Source of the DNA: Eledone cirrhosa
Lineage: Eukaryota
Reading direction: 5' to 3'
Assembly: GCA_964016885.1 (NCBI GenBank)
Contig: OZ024754.1
Location: 28,396,001 to 28,460,000, forward strand
Length of the DNA stretch: 64,000 bases
Part shown: positions 1-13,050 of the stretch, piece by piece
How the letters are laid out: each line of letters opens with the position of its first letter
Position numbering within the stretch: position 1 is the stretch's first letter
Notes under the pieces: generated by a model
The model's database searches: none
What the model was told of the DNA's origin: nothing
The model's input: the letters and a program-made list of their open reading frames with translations, nothing else
Program-made: the position numbers and the translations under genes

Positions 1-278
1 GAGAGTGGGACTGGCTTTGTGCAGTGCCTTTGCTCACTATAAAAACTTCACGGCACAGGCATTGCTTTATATCTGGAGATCTCTCTGCACTTGTCGTCAC
101 ATGGTACCATGGGCCCAGCACTATGTGTCAATAATTGTCACATGTGTAGTGTTTGTACCGGGGTTTTCAAGTCGCTGGCCGGACTGAAAAGTCACACTCG
201 TTCAGCGCATCGGTAGGGGTCCTCCTACATGGATATAAAGTAGTGGCCGTACTCGAAAACGAGTTGGCAGCCACCATG
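1..278 (+). mobile_element. 3' end of an RTE-clade (BovB-like) LINE, copy 1, cut by window edge
   Basis: One frame reads [25 protein letters not shown] (C-terminal C2H2 finger as in some RTE ORFs); 3' stem-loop GTGGC..ACTCG-AAAA-CGAGT..GCCAC, then (TA)n; near-identical to 971-1248. Confidence 0.65.
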
Positions 279-438
279 TATATATATATATATATATATA
301 TGTCTGTATATATATATGTATGTATATATATATGTATGTATATATATGTATATATATATGTATGTATATATATATATATGTCTGTATATATATATGTATA
401 TATATATATATATATATGTCTGTATATATATATGTATG

Positions 439-470
<32 letters not shown>

Positions 471-663
471 TATGTCTGTATATATATATGTATGTATATA
501 TATATGTATGTATATATATATATATATATATATGTCTGTATATATGTATGTATATATATATATATATATGTCTGTATATATATATGTATGTATATATATA
601 TATATGTATGTATATATATATATATATATGTCTATATATATATATGTCTGTATATATATATGT

Positions 664-694
<31 letters not shown>

Positions 695-728
695 TCTGTA
701 TATATATATGTATGTATATATATGTCTG

Positions 729-768
<40 letters not shown>

Positions 769-788
769 TGTATGTATATATATATATA
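279..788. repeat. Compound (TA)n/(TATG)/(TCTG) microsatellite
   Basis: Directly visible. Confidence 0.95.
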
Positions 789-1248
789 TCAAAGGGCAAA
801 GGAGCTCTTAAGAGTCAATGGCCATCCAAAATCACCGGGAGAGATGACCCCTTAGCCTTTGTCAAGGCAGAATTCTAGGAGAAGGAAAACTCTGATATAA
901 CACCTGCAACCCTGATGGTATCCAATGATGTTGACTTGTTCTTCTTTTTGGTAAATATCATCTTGGTTAAGAGAGTGGGACTGGCTTTGTGCAGTGCCTT
1001 TGCTCACTATAAAAGCTTCACGGCACAGGCATTGCTTTATATCTGGAGATCTCTCTGCACTTGTCCTCACATGGTACCATGGGCCCAGCACTATGTGTCA
1101 ATAATTGTCACAGGTGTAGTGTTTGTACCAGAGTTTTCAAGTCGCTGGCTGGACCAAAAAGTCACACTCGTTCAGCGCTTCGGTAGGGGTTCTCTTACAT
1201 GGATATAAAGTAGTGGCCGTACTCGAAAATGAGTTGGCAGCCACCATG
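789..1248 (+). mobile_element. 5'-truncated, degenerate RTE-clade LINE 3' end, copy 2
   Basis: Frameshifted remnants ELLRVNGH (cf. QLRWAGH) and [21 protein letters not shown]; same 3' stem-loop and junction into (TA)n as copy 1. Confidence 0.65.
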
Positions 1249-1498
1249 TATATATATATATGTATGTATGTATATATATATATATATATGTATGTATATA
1301 TATATATATATGTATGTATGTATATATATATATATATATGTATGTATATATATATATATATGTATGTATGTATATATATATATATGTATGTATGTATATA
1401 TATATATATATGTATGTATGTATATATATATATATATGTATGTATGTATATATATATATATATGTATGTATGTATATATATATATATATGTATGTATG

Positions 1499-1585
<87 letters not shown>

Positions 1586-1751
1586 ATATATATATATATG
1601 TATGTATATATATATATATGTATGTATGTATGTATATATATATATATGTATGTATGTATGTATATATATATATATATATGTATGTATATATATATATATA
1701 TGTCTGTATGTATGTATGTATGTATATATATATATATATATGTATGTATAT
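1249..1751. repeat. Compound (TA)n/(TATG)n microsatellite
   Basis: Directly visible. Confidence 0.95.
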
Positions 1752-1791
1752 ATATAATAAATAACAAAGAACGCCTATAGCATATGCATAT

Positions 1792-1849
1792 CTTTACTTG
1801 CTAACATTGTTTCATCCGCACTATAAGTGGGACTCATCAGAGCATAAAG
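1792..1849 (-). ncRNA. Minimal type I hammerhead ribozyme, opposite-strand copy
   Basis: Reverse complement reads ctttatgctCTGATGAgtcccacttatagtgcggatGAAAcaatGTTagcaagtaaag; stem II has CAC/GTG where the other copy has CGC/GTG. Confidence 0.8.
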
Positions 1850-3937
1850 GTTAATTACATACCACACAAGCAATAACAAATCCAAGACATTGAAGAATGA
1901 AAAATAATAGAAGATAAAGGATATTAAGGAAGTAAAAGTAAAAATAATAAAATATACAATGAAAAATAACAAATAAGGGGTGCTATCAGTCACAGTTGGG
2001 CGGGGTGCTGTCAACATATAGTTAGATACAAGCATACACATGGATAAGAGAACAGACAAGAGTAGACAAGATAGATAGGATTAGGTAAGAGTAGGTAAAA
2101 AATAGCTGAAAAATAGGTAAAAAATAGACTTATAATATATATAAGAAAATATAAAAAAATATAACAAACATACATATAAAATATAAAATATACAGATAAT
2201 AGTGATACAGGGTAAGGAATGAAATAAAATAATATAAAATTAAAATTAAAATTATATAAAATAGAACATAATATAATATAATCATAAAATAATATAAAAT
2301 AAGGTAAACTAAAATAAAATAAAATAGACTAAAATAAAATAATATAATATAAGATATAATTAAATGTAATTAAATAAATAAATAAATAAAATAAAATAAA
2401 TAAATAAAATCAAAGTTAAACTTAAATAAATAAATAAATAAATAAATAATTAAATAAATAAATAAATAAAATTATATAAAATGAAATGAAATGAAATGAA
2501 ATGAAATAAAATAAAGTAAATTGAGATAAGATATATATTTTTTTAGAATATATCTCTTGAATATATCAGGGGCCCACGAAGGCACTAAGTGTCACAGTTA
2601 TCAGTATCACTTGACCATTTTTTTAGAATATATTTCTTGAAAATATCAGAGGCCCACGAAGGCACTAAGTGTCACAGTTACCAGTATCACTTGACCATTG
2701 CAAGGCAATGGAGGTGTCCCAGGTTGGGCAGTCTCAAAAGTTCACTCGAAAGTCACGGGTGTGCATTCACACAGTTGAGCGGTGGGGTAATCACAAACCG
2801 GTTCACACCCGGGCAGGAGTCCAATGGTCAAACAGAGGTACATCGAAGGAAGGTAGGAGAATTCACGTGCAGTAGCAAGAGCAAGCAGGTGCAGGCAGGT
2901 TAGCCAAAGCAAGCAGACACAGTTGGAGCGCATACAAAAGATATATAAAGAAACAAAAGATATATAAAAAATAGCTTTAAGAGCCATGAAGTCACCGCAT
3001 TGGGACATCACAAGATTATACACACCAATATGTTCAGCACGTATATGCACATATACACACCACATGCATATGCAGAGACGGTATACATATATATATATTT
3101 TTTTAAATACAGACATATACAACCACCCATACACATATAAATGTATACACAGACACACACGCACACACACACAGCGTAGGACACCCGGGTCAAAGCTGAT
3201 ATTAAACACAGAGATACCACATTAGGCAAGACCCACCACCACGGATAATACATTCAAAATAAATACATACGATGAGATGTAGTAAAATAAAATTGAATTC
3301 CTACGGAGATAATCATGTCCGCACATGCCATTGCCCGATTTAAGTGTACACAGACCGTTAGTAACTACGGAGGGCTATTGGGACCAAAACGTTACTTTCG
3401 GGATCATAACAACGACCGTCAGTATATGGAAGGCCGATCGTGCTAGAAAGACAACCCCGGGCAAGAGCTCCCAGAAGTCAGCCTGTAGATCTTAAACCAC
3501 AGAATAGGAGGACAACACGTACATGCGCCACGTATCTACTGCTTACGGCGAGATGGCACAGGTCCGCCCACAGTTACAGGCTAAATTTCTATTTGTGCAG
3601 CCTATATCACAGTACACGCTCTACATAGATACATTACATCACAACTCATGCGCATACAGAGGTACAGATCCACAAGATACACGTCAGGATAGACCCACCA
3701 ATGCACCAATGGTGGGTAGGCGAGCGTGGATGGGTTACATCCGCTGTGCCAAACAGGGGGTGCTTATTAACATACACACCCACTCACCTGTACACCCCAA
3801 TATCCAGATCAATATCCTCCCGCAGGCATACGTATACACTCACCGACTCATATACATAGAAGACAAACAATAGGAGACAGTTACACACAATCAGAGACAG
3901 TTACACAAGATAGCCCAACTGGAGAAATAAGGAAGTG

Positions 3938-4102
3938 CTAGCTAATAGGTTTAAAGTAGAAGAAAGAGCTTAATATTCGGTGGGGGCAAGAGGAAAATAT
4001 TTCTGACTTTCTAGTTAGTAGAGGGCATTTAGCAAATATAATAGAGTGGGATTCGGCAAGGCATAGGTTACATACTCTATTATGAGGAGTATATGGATGG
4101 GA
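3938..4102 (-). pseudogene. C-terminal 54 codons of a PLE GIY-YIG endonuclease
   Basis: SHPYTPHNRVCNLCLAESHSIIFAKCPLLTRKSEIFSSCPHRILSSFFYFKPIS*; the PY..CxLCxxE..LxRxxE..CxH pattern resembles the recalled Nematis-type PLE C-terminus. Confidence 0.8.
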
Positions 4103-4443
4103 TTTATAAGTCTATTTTTTACCTATTTTTCACCTATTTTTTACCTACCCTTACCTAATCCTATCTATCTTATCTACTCTTGTCTGTTCTCTTATCCATG
4201 TGTATGCTTGTATGTAACTATATGTTGACAGCACCCCGCCCAACTGTGACTGATAGCACCCCTTATATTTTATTTTTCATTGTATATTTTATTATTTTTA
4301 TTTTTATTTTTATTTTTATTTTTATTTTTATTTTTATTTTTATTTTTATTTTTACTTTTACTTCCTTAATATCCTTTATCTTCTATTATTTTTCATTCTT
4401 CAATGTCTTGGATTTGTTATTGCTTGTGTGGTATGTAATTAAC

Positions 4444-4501
4444 CTTTATGCTCTGATGAGTCCCGCTTATAGTGCGGATGAAACAATGTTAGCAAGTAAA
4501 G
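4444..4501 (+). ncRNA. Minimal type I hammerhead ribozyme in PLE pseudo-LTR
   Basis: stem I CTTTA-TGCT / AGCA-(AG)-TAAAG; CTGATGA 4453-4459; stem II GTCC-CGC..GTG-(C)-GGAT; GAAA 4480-4483; short stem III C-AAT-G; GUU cleavage triplet 4488-4490. Confidence 0.8.
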
Positions 4502-4699
4502 ATATGCATATGCTATAGGCGTTCTTTGTTATTTATTATATCACGGCTCTGTCCTCAGACATCGAGCTAACCTTAGACTGCCTGCTGGATAAGTGGAGTG
4601 TTATACACCCCTGATCCTCTCCCTAGTATACTATGTATATATATATATATATATGTATGTATATATATATATGTATGTATGTATATATATATATGTATG

Positions 4700-4747
<48 letters not shown>

Positions 4748-4784
4748 TGTATGTATGTATGTATGTATGTATGTATGTATATAT

Positions 4785-5685
4785 GTTTTCTCTTTCTCTT
4801 AATTTCGAGTATATTTTTTTGACCGGCCACCTTCCTGGTGGCAAGGTTGTAAAAGAAAAGAAATTGTCATCCCTTGAATCGCAAGAATGTTTTGCATATT
4901 TTGAAGGTGCCAGCTATCGCAGCCATTTGTAGACTATGAATTAGGGAGCTGCGCTTTTTGTCCGCAAATCCAAGTTCGGTCATACTTTGGTCCAAGCGGG
5001 TTGGTATATAACCCGTAGCACCAATAATGATGGGTATGAAGCTAAAGGTGTATCTTGGATACTGGATTTGTAAGCTCCTCATCAATGGTCCGTAGATGTC
5101 CTCCTTCTCCTGTATTTTTCTGACAACGTTTACATCAAGTGGGCAGCTGATCTCCACAACAGAACACGTTTTCAATGTGTGGTCCCAAACTACAATATCA
5201 GGCCGGTTGTGCTTTAATTTGGTGGCAGTTTTTATTTTCAGGTTCCACCAGTATTCCTTAGTGCCATCTGTCTCAATATATTCTTCCTCGTTTGTTGTTA
5301 ATTTTGTTTTCCGAAGTGCGTTCCAGATAGTTCTAGCTATCCCATCGTGTCTCATGGGGAGGTAGTAGCGAGATGACATTCTTTCGCAGCTGGCAACAAT
5401 GTGGCTTACATCCTCGATCTTTGTTTTACATAGCCTACATTTATTGTCAGCTGCTGGCCCTCCTCTTTTGTGCAGCAGATATTTGGTAGGGAGTTCTTGT
5501 TCCTGTATTGCATAGAGATATCCCTCAAGGTGTGATGTCATAAACTTGTCGGAACTCCATGCCAGGCTTTTTGAGTGGTTTATCCCCTCTATGGTCTGTG
5601 TTTTACGCCTCAAGTATCCATGCACAACTTTCTCTGTAAATTGGTCAATTTTTTTTTTTTTTTCTTGTTTGAACATTGAATAGGA
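4785..5685 (-). mobile_element. 5'-truncated R4/Dong-type non-LTR retrotransposon (zinc knuckle + restriction-like endonuclease), ORF 4867-5676
   Basis: [48 protein letters not shown] motifs; short 3' UTR runs into (TACA)/(TA) repeats. Confidence 0.88.
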
Positions 5686-5966
5686 TATATGTATGTATAT
5701 ATATATGTATGTATATATATATGTATGTATATATATATGTATGTATATATATATATGTATGTATATGTATGTATGTATATGTATGTATGTATATATATAT
5801 ATGTATGTATATATATATATGTATGTATATATATATATGTATGTATATATATATATGTATGTATATATATATATGTATATATATATATGTATGTATATAT
5901 ATATATGTATGTATATATATATATGTATGTATATATATATATGTATGTATATATATATATGTATGT

Positions 5967-6000
<34 letters not shown>

Positions 6001-6177
6001 GTATATATATGTATGTATGTATATATATATATGTATGTATATATATATATGTATGTATATATATATATGTATGTATGTATATATATATGTATGTATGTAT
6101 ATATATATGTATGTATGTATATATATATATGTATGTATGTATATATATATGTATGTATGTATATATATATATGTATA

Positions 6178-6213
<36 letters not shown>

Positions 6214-6887
6214 TATATGTATGTATATATATATGTATGTATATATATATGTATGTATGTATATATATATATATGTATGTATATATATATATATGTATGT
6301 ATATATATATATGTATGTATGTATATATATATGTATGTATGTATGTATATATATATATATGTCTGTATGTATATATATATATATGTCTGTATGTATATAT
6401 ATATATATGTCTGTATGTATATATATATATATGTCTGTATGTATATATATATATATATGTCTGTATGTATATATATATATATATGTCTGTATGTATATAT
6501 ATATATATGTCTGTATGTATATATATATATATATGTCTGTATGTATATATATATATATGTCTGTATGTATATATATATATATGTCTGTATGTATGTATAT
6601 ATATATATATGTCTGTATGTATATATATATATGTCTGTATGTATATATATATATATGTCTGTATGTATATATATATATATGTCTGTATGTATATATATAT
6701 ATATGTCTGTATGTATATATATATATATGTCTGTATGTATATATATATATATGTCTGTATGTATATATATATATATGTCTGTATATATATATATATGTAA
6801 CTTTGAATAACTTTGAATAACTTTGAATAACTATATATATATATGTATGTATATATATATGTATATATATATATGTATGTATGTATG

Positions 6888-6940
<53 letters not shown>

Positions 6941-7075
6941 GTATGTATATATATGTATATATGTATGTATATATATGTATATATGTATGTATATATATGT
7001 ATATATGTATGTATATATATGTATATATGTATGTATATATATGTATATATGTGTATATGTATATATGTATATATA
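5686..7075. repeat. ~1.4 kb compound (TA)n microsatellite with ~22-26-bp higher-order TATG/TCTG units and a (TAACTTTGAA)x3 insert at ~6798-6832
   Basis: Directly visible. Confidence 0.95.
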
Positions 7076-8105
7076 TCATCATCATCATCGTTTAACGTCC
7101 ATGTTCCATGCTTGCATGGGTTTGGACGGGAGTTTTCCCACTTGAGGTAAGAGTGGTTGTCTTGCTCGCATAGGACTGTCTGGCGGGTTTTCTACAGTTG
7201 GATGCCCTTCCTAACACCAACCACATTTACAGTGTGGGACTGGGAGGTTTTTACCGTGTTGCCTACACGGCCACATTACAGCGTGGACTGTGTGTTTTTT
7301 TGTCGTGACACCTACACAACCTCATTTGTTTCGGCCTGGATGTTGTGGCACCAACATAACTTTACATTGAAAGGGGCGGTGTGGATGGGGTGGGGTGGTG
7401 GGACGGGGGTGTATTTTGTTAGAGATGCCTACTGACTGTAGTAGATTTTACTTTGTATTTAGGTAGGGCGGGTCTTTATTACTGAGTACCGCCAAAGATC
7501 TCGGTCCAGTGACATTGTCTTGGAGAGGTGTAAGTGTGTGAGGTCAGAATTTATCAGGTCGTCCCAGGTTTTTCTGGGTCTGCCTACTCCGTGGCTACCG
7601 TCTATCTTTATTGCCCTGCACTTTTTTATACAGCTGTCGTCTTTCATGCGCATCACGTGACCATACCAACGTAGCCTTGTCTCGAGTAAACAACATCTGA
7701 TCCCTCTTATTTCTAATTTTTCCCTTAGTTCGTTTATGCTTTGCCGTTCACGTATATTACTATTGCACATCCAGCGGAGCATGCAAGCTTCGTTCCTCTC
7801 TAGTCTGCGTATATCCTCTGCACACAATGCCCAGGTCTCACTGCCATGCAACATTGCTGTTCGTATGCAGGCATCATACAGCCTGCCTTTCATTTTTAGG
7901 GAGAACCCTTTAGCGGCTAATAGTGGTATAAGCTCTCTGAACTTTTTCCATCCAGTTCTGACTCTAGCTACTGTACTTTCAGAGCACCCTCCCCCACTGC
8001 TGATTTTGTCACCCAGGTAACGGAAGCTGTCCACTATTTCTATAGAACCCTCTGCGCAATTGAAAGAGCTAGTATTTTGTGGGCACTTGCTGCTACTTAT
8101 TGCAC
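7076..8105 (-). mobile_element. 5'-truncated RTE-clade LINE: RT C-terminus, 3' UTR, (GAT)n tail
   Basis: VDSFRYLGD, GWKKFREL, LHGSETW, RLRWYGHVMR, GRPRKTW motifs (stop at 7459); 3' UTR ends CCCATGCAAGCATGGAACATGGACGTTAAACGATGATGAT; contains about two copies of the 48-bp VNTR unit. Confidence 0.92.
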
Positions 8106-8140
8106 ATATATGTATATATATGTATATATGTATATATATG

Positions 8141-8175
<35 letters not shown>

Positions 8176-9180
8176 ATTGAGAAATAGATTGCTAGATAGA
8201 TATGTGTATTTATATATATGTGTGTATGTGTATACAGATAAATGTGTAAAAGTGTGTGTTTGTGTATACTGATAAATGTGTAAATATATGTGTGTATCAA
8301 TATATATATATGTGTGTGTATATATATATATACACATATATACATATGTATATGTGTGTATTTGTATATGCATGCATATGTTTGTGTGTAGGTAAAGATC
8401 AACACCAGTAAAGTGTACCTATTGCTAGTTGACCATCTGTTCTGTTCAGTAACTGATAGTTGAGTTTATTAAAATAAATTGATTTTACAATTGTTTTCTG
8501 ATGTTGACATATTTTAATGGTCATGCTTAATATTACATACACACTGTCACATACACACACACACACACTGTCACATACACATACACACACATACTGACCT
8601 ACAGATACACACTGTCACATACACATATACTGACATACAGATACACACTGTCACATACACATACACACATACTGACATACACACATACTGACATACACAT
8701 ACACACTATCACATACACACACATGCTGACATACACACTCACATACACATACAGACATACACATATTGACATACAGATACACACTGTCACATACACATAC
8801 TGATATACACCTACACACACACACATACACATACTGATATACACCTACACACACACACATACTGGCATAAACTTACGCACATACACCCTGACATACACAT
8901 ACTGACATACACACCTACATACCTACATACACACCTACATACACCAACACACCTACATACACACCTATATACCTACATACAGACCTACATACACACCAAC
9001 ACACCTACATACACACTGACATACACACCTATATACCTACATACACACCTACATACACACCTACATACACACCTACATACACACCTACACACACACACAC
9101 CTACACACAGACACACCTACACACACACACACACACACACACCTACATACACACACCTATCCACACACATGTCTATATAT
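8106..9180. repeat. Degenerate (TA)/(TG)/(CA)-derived microsatellite complex (CATACACACCTA-type units)
   Basis: Directly visible. Confidence 0.85.
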
Positions 9181-9298
9181 GTATTGTAAAACGATTCCCT
9201 CAACCAGTCATCTATATTCTTCATTTAATGGAATAGCTTTATTGATTTCAAATTATTTTGGTATGGAAATATTGTTTGTAAAATTGTCTACAAGCATT

Positions 9299-12200
9299 AC
9301 TGGTGGGTTGGTGGTATAGTGGTGGGTTGGTGGTATAGTGGTGGGTTGGTGGTATAGTGGTGTGTTGGTGGTATAGTGGTGTGTTGGTGGTATAGTGGTG
9401 GGTTGGTGGTATAGTGGTGGGTTGGTGGTATAGTGGTGTGTTGGTGGTATAGTGGTGTGTTGGTGGTATAGTGGTGTGTTGGTGGTATAGTGGTGTGTTG
9501 GTGGTATAGTGGTGTGTTGGTGGTATAGTGGTGGGTTGGTGGTATAGTGGTGGGTTGGTGGTAGAGTGGTGGGTTGGTGGTCTGTTGGTGGTATAGTGGT
9601 GGGTTGGTGGTATAGTGGTGGGTTGGTGGTATAGTGGTGGGTTGGTGATATAGTGGTCTGTTGGTGGTATAGTGGTGGGTTGGTGGTATAGTGGTCTGTT
9701 GGTGGTATAGTGGTCTGTTGGTGGTATAGTGGTCTGTTGGTGGTATAGTGGTCTGTTGGTGGTATAGTGGTCTGTTGGTGGTATAGTGGTGGGTTGGTGA
9801 TATAGTGGTCTGTTGGTGGTATAGTGGTCTGTTGGAGGTATAGTGGTCTGTTGGTGGTATAGTGGTGGGTTGGTGGTATAGTGGTGTGTTGGTGGTATAG
9901 TGGTGTGTTGGTGGTATAGTGGTGGGTTGGTGGTATAGTGGTGTGTTGGTGGTATAGTGGTGGGTTGGTGGTATAGTGGTGGGTTGGTGATGTAGTGGTG
10001 GGTTGGTGATGTAGTGGTCTGTTGGTGGTATAGTGGTGGGTTGGTGGTATAGTGGTGGGTTGGTGGTATAGTGGTGGGTTGGTGGTATAGTGGTCTGTTG
10101 GTGGTATAGTGGTCTGTTGGTGGTATAGTGGTGGGTTGGTGGTATAGTGGTGTGTTGGTGGTATAGTGGTGTGTTGGTGGTATAGTGGTGTGTTGGTGGT
10201 ATAGTGGTGGGTTGGTGGTATAGTGGTGTGTTGGTGGTATAGTGGTGGGTTGGTGGTATAGTGGTGGGTTGGTGATGTAGTGGTGGGTTGGTGGTATAGT
10301 GGTGGGTTGGTGATGTAGTGGTGGGTTGGTGATGTAGTGGTCTGTTGGTGGTATAGTGGTGGGTTGGTGGTATAGTGGTGGGTTGGTGGTATAGTGGTGG
10401 GTTGGTGGTATAGTGGTCTGTTGGTGGTATAGTGGTGGGTTGGTAGTATAGTGGTGGGTTGGTGGTATAGTGGTCTGTTGGTGGTATAGTGATGGGTTGG
10501 TGGTATAGTGGTGGGTTGGTGGTATAGTGGTGGGATGGTGGTATTGTGGTGGGTTGGTGGTATAGTGGTGGGTTGATGGTATAGTCGTGGGTTGGTGGTA
10601 TAGTGGTCTGTTGGTGGTATAGTGGTGTGTTGGTGGTATAGTGGTGTGTTGGTGGTATAGTGGTGTGTTGGTGGTATAGTGGTCTGTTGGTGGTATAGTG
10701 GTCTGTTGGTGGTATAGTGGTCTGTTGGTGATATAGTGGTCTGTTGGTGGTATAGTTGGGGGTTGGTGGTATAGTGGTCTGTTGGTGGTATAGTGGTGGG
10801 TTGGTGGTATAGTGGTCTGTTGGTGGTATAGTGGTGGGTTGGTGGTATAGTGGTGGGTTGGTGGTATTGTGGTGGGTTGGTGGTATAGTGGTGGGTTGGT
10901 GGTATAGTGGTCTGTTGGTGGTATAGTGGTCTGTTGGTGGTATAATGGTCTGTTGGTGGTATAGTGGTGGGTTGGTGGTATAGTGGTGGGTTGGTGGTAT
11001 AGTGGTGGGTTGGTGGTATAGTGGTGGGTTGGTGGTATAGTGGTCTGTTGGTGGTATAGTGGTCTGTTGGTGGTATAGTGGTGGGTTGGTGGTATAGTGG
11101 TCGGTTGGTGGTATAGTGGTCGGTTGGTGGTATAGTTGTGGGTTGGTGGTATAGTGGTGGATTGCTGGTATAGTGGTGGGTTGGTGGTATAGTGATCTGT
11201 TGGTGGTATAGTGGTGGGTTGGTGATATAGTGGTGGGTTGGTGGTATAGTGGTTTGTTGGTGGTATAGTGGTGGGTTGGTGATATAGTGGTCTGTTGGTG
11301 GTATAGTGGTGGGTTGGTGGTATAGTGGTCTGTTGGTGGTATAGTGGTCGGTTGTTGGTATAGTGGTGGGTTGGTGGTATAGTGGTAGGTTGGTGATATA
11401 GTGGTCTGTTGGTGGTATAGTGGTGGGTTGGTGGTATAGTGGTCTGTAGGTGGTATAGTGGTCTGTAGGTGGTATAGTGGTCTGTTGGTGATATAGTGGT
11501 CTGTTGGTGGTACAGTGGTGGGTTGTTGGTATAGTGGTCTGTTGGTGGTATAGTTGTGGGTTGGTGGTATAGTGGTCTGTTGGTGGTATAGTGGTGGTTT
11601 GGTGGTATAGTGGTGGTTTGGTGGTATAGTGGTGGGTTGGTGGTATAGCTGTGGGTTGGTGGTATATTGGTGGGTTGGTGGTATAGTGGTCTGTTGGTGA
11701 TATAGTGGTCTGTTGGTGGTATAGTTGTGGGTTGGTGGTATAAATGGTCTGTTGGTGGTATGTTGGTGGGTTGGTGGTATAGTGGTGGGTTGGTGATATA
11801 GTGGTCGGTTGGTGTTATAGTGGTGGGTTGGTGGTATAGTGGTCTGTTGGTGGTATAGTGGTCTGTTGGTGGTATAGTGGTCTGTTGGTGGTATAGTGGT
11901 GGGTTGGTGGTATAGTGGTCTGTTGGTGGTATAGTGGTGGGTTGCTGGTATAGTGGTGGGTTGGTGATATAGTGGTCTGTTGGTGGTATAGTGGTGGGTT
12001 GGTGGTATAGTGGTGTGTTGGTGGTATAGTGGTCTGTTTGTGGTATAGTGGTCTGTTGGTGGTATAGTGGTGGGTTGGTGGTATAGTGGTGGGTTGGTGG
12101 TATAGTGGTGGGTTGGTGGTATAGTGGTGGGTTGGTGGTATAGTGGTGGGTTGGTGGTATAGTGGTCTGTTGGTGGTATAGTGGTGGGTTGGTGATATAG

Positions 12201-13050
12201 TGGTGTGTTGGAGGTATAGTGGTCTGTTGGTGGTATAGTGGTCTGTTGGTGGTATAGTGGTGTGTTGGTGGTATACTGGTGGGTTGGTGGTATAGTGGTG
12301 TGTTGGTGGTATAGTGGTGGGTTGGTGATATAGTGGTGTGTTGGTGGTATAGTGGTGTGTTGGTGGTATAGTGGTGTGTTGGTGGTATAGTGGTGTGTTG
12401 GTGGTATAGTGGTGTGTTGGTGGTATAGTGGTGGGTTGGTGATATAGTGGTGTGTTGGTGGTATAGTGGTGTGTTGGTGGTATAGTGGTGTGTTGGTGGT
12501 ATAGTGGTGTGTTGGTGGTATAGTAGTGGGTTGGTGGTATAGTGGTGGGTTGGTGATATAGTGGTGTGTTGGTGGTATAGTGGTGGGTTGGTGATATTGT
12601 GGTGTGTTGGTGGTATAGTGGTCTGTTGGTGGTATAGTGGTGGGTTGGTGATATAGTGGTGTGTTGGCGGTATAGTGGTGTGTTGGCGGTATAGTGGTCT
12701 GTTGGCGGTATAGTGGTCTGTTGGCGGTATAGTGGTGGGTTGGTGCTATAGTGGTGGGTTGGTGATATAGTGGTGTGTTGGTGGTATAGTGGTGGGTTGG
12801 TGATATAGTGGTGTGTTGGTGGTATAGTGGTCTGTTGGTGGTATAGTGGTCGGTTGGTGGTATAGTGGTGGGTTGGTGGTATAGTGGTGTGTTGGCGGTA
12901 TAGTGGTGTGTTGGCGGTATAGTGGTCTGTTGGCGGTATAGTGGTGGGTTGGTGGTATAGTGGTGTGTTGGTGGTATAGTGGTGGGTTGGTGGTATAGTG
13001 ATCTGTTGGTGGTATAGTGGTGGGTTGGTGATATAGTGGTGTGTTGGTGA
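9299..13050. repeat. 19-bp G/T-rich tandem array TTGGTGGTATAGTGGT(GGG/GTG/CTG/CGG), roughly 195 copies
   Basis: Directly visible; copy number estimated from length/19. Confidence 0.95.

Larger units (their letters stand above)
1752..4631 (-). mobile_element. 5'-truncated Penelope-like element (probably Nematis-type) with inverted pseudo-LTRs, inserted in (TA)n
   Basis: Inverted repeats 1752-2135 and 4104-4541 (few substitutions plus a 54-bp TTTTTA expansion), each with a hammerhead core; extra tail 4542-4631 on one arm; minus-strand 4102-3938 encodes a PLE GIY-YIG-type C-terminus. Confidence 0.85.

Noticed and set aside
1775-4518. Twin hydrophobic ORFs (1775-2059 minus, 4180-4518 plus)
   Set aside because: They are the T-rich pseudo-LTR arms; similarity reflects the inverted repeat, not a gene pair
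153-8860. Many long Y/I/M/V/C/H/T-rich ORFs
   Set aside because: Translations of (TA)n/(TG)n microsatellites, which lack stops in all frames
9299-13050. Telomeric repeat
   Set aside because: Unit is 19 bp and is not TTAGGG; internal location with degenerate flank
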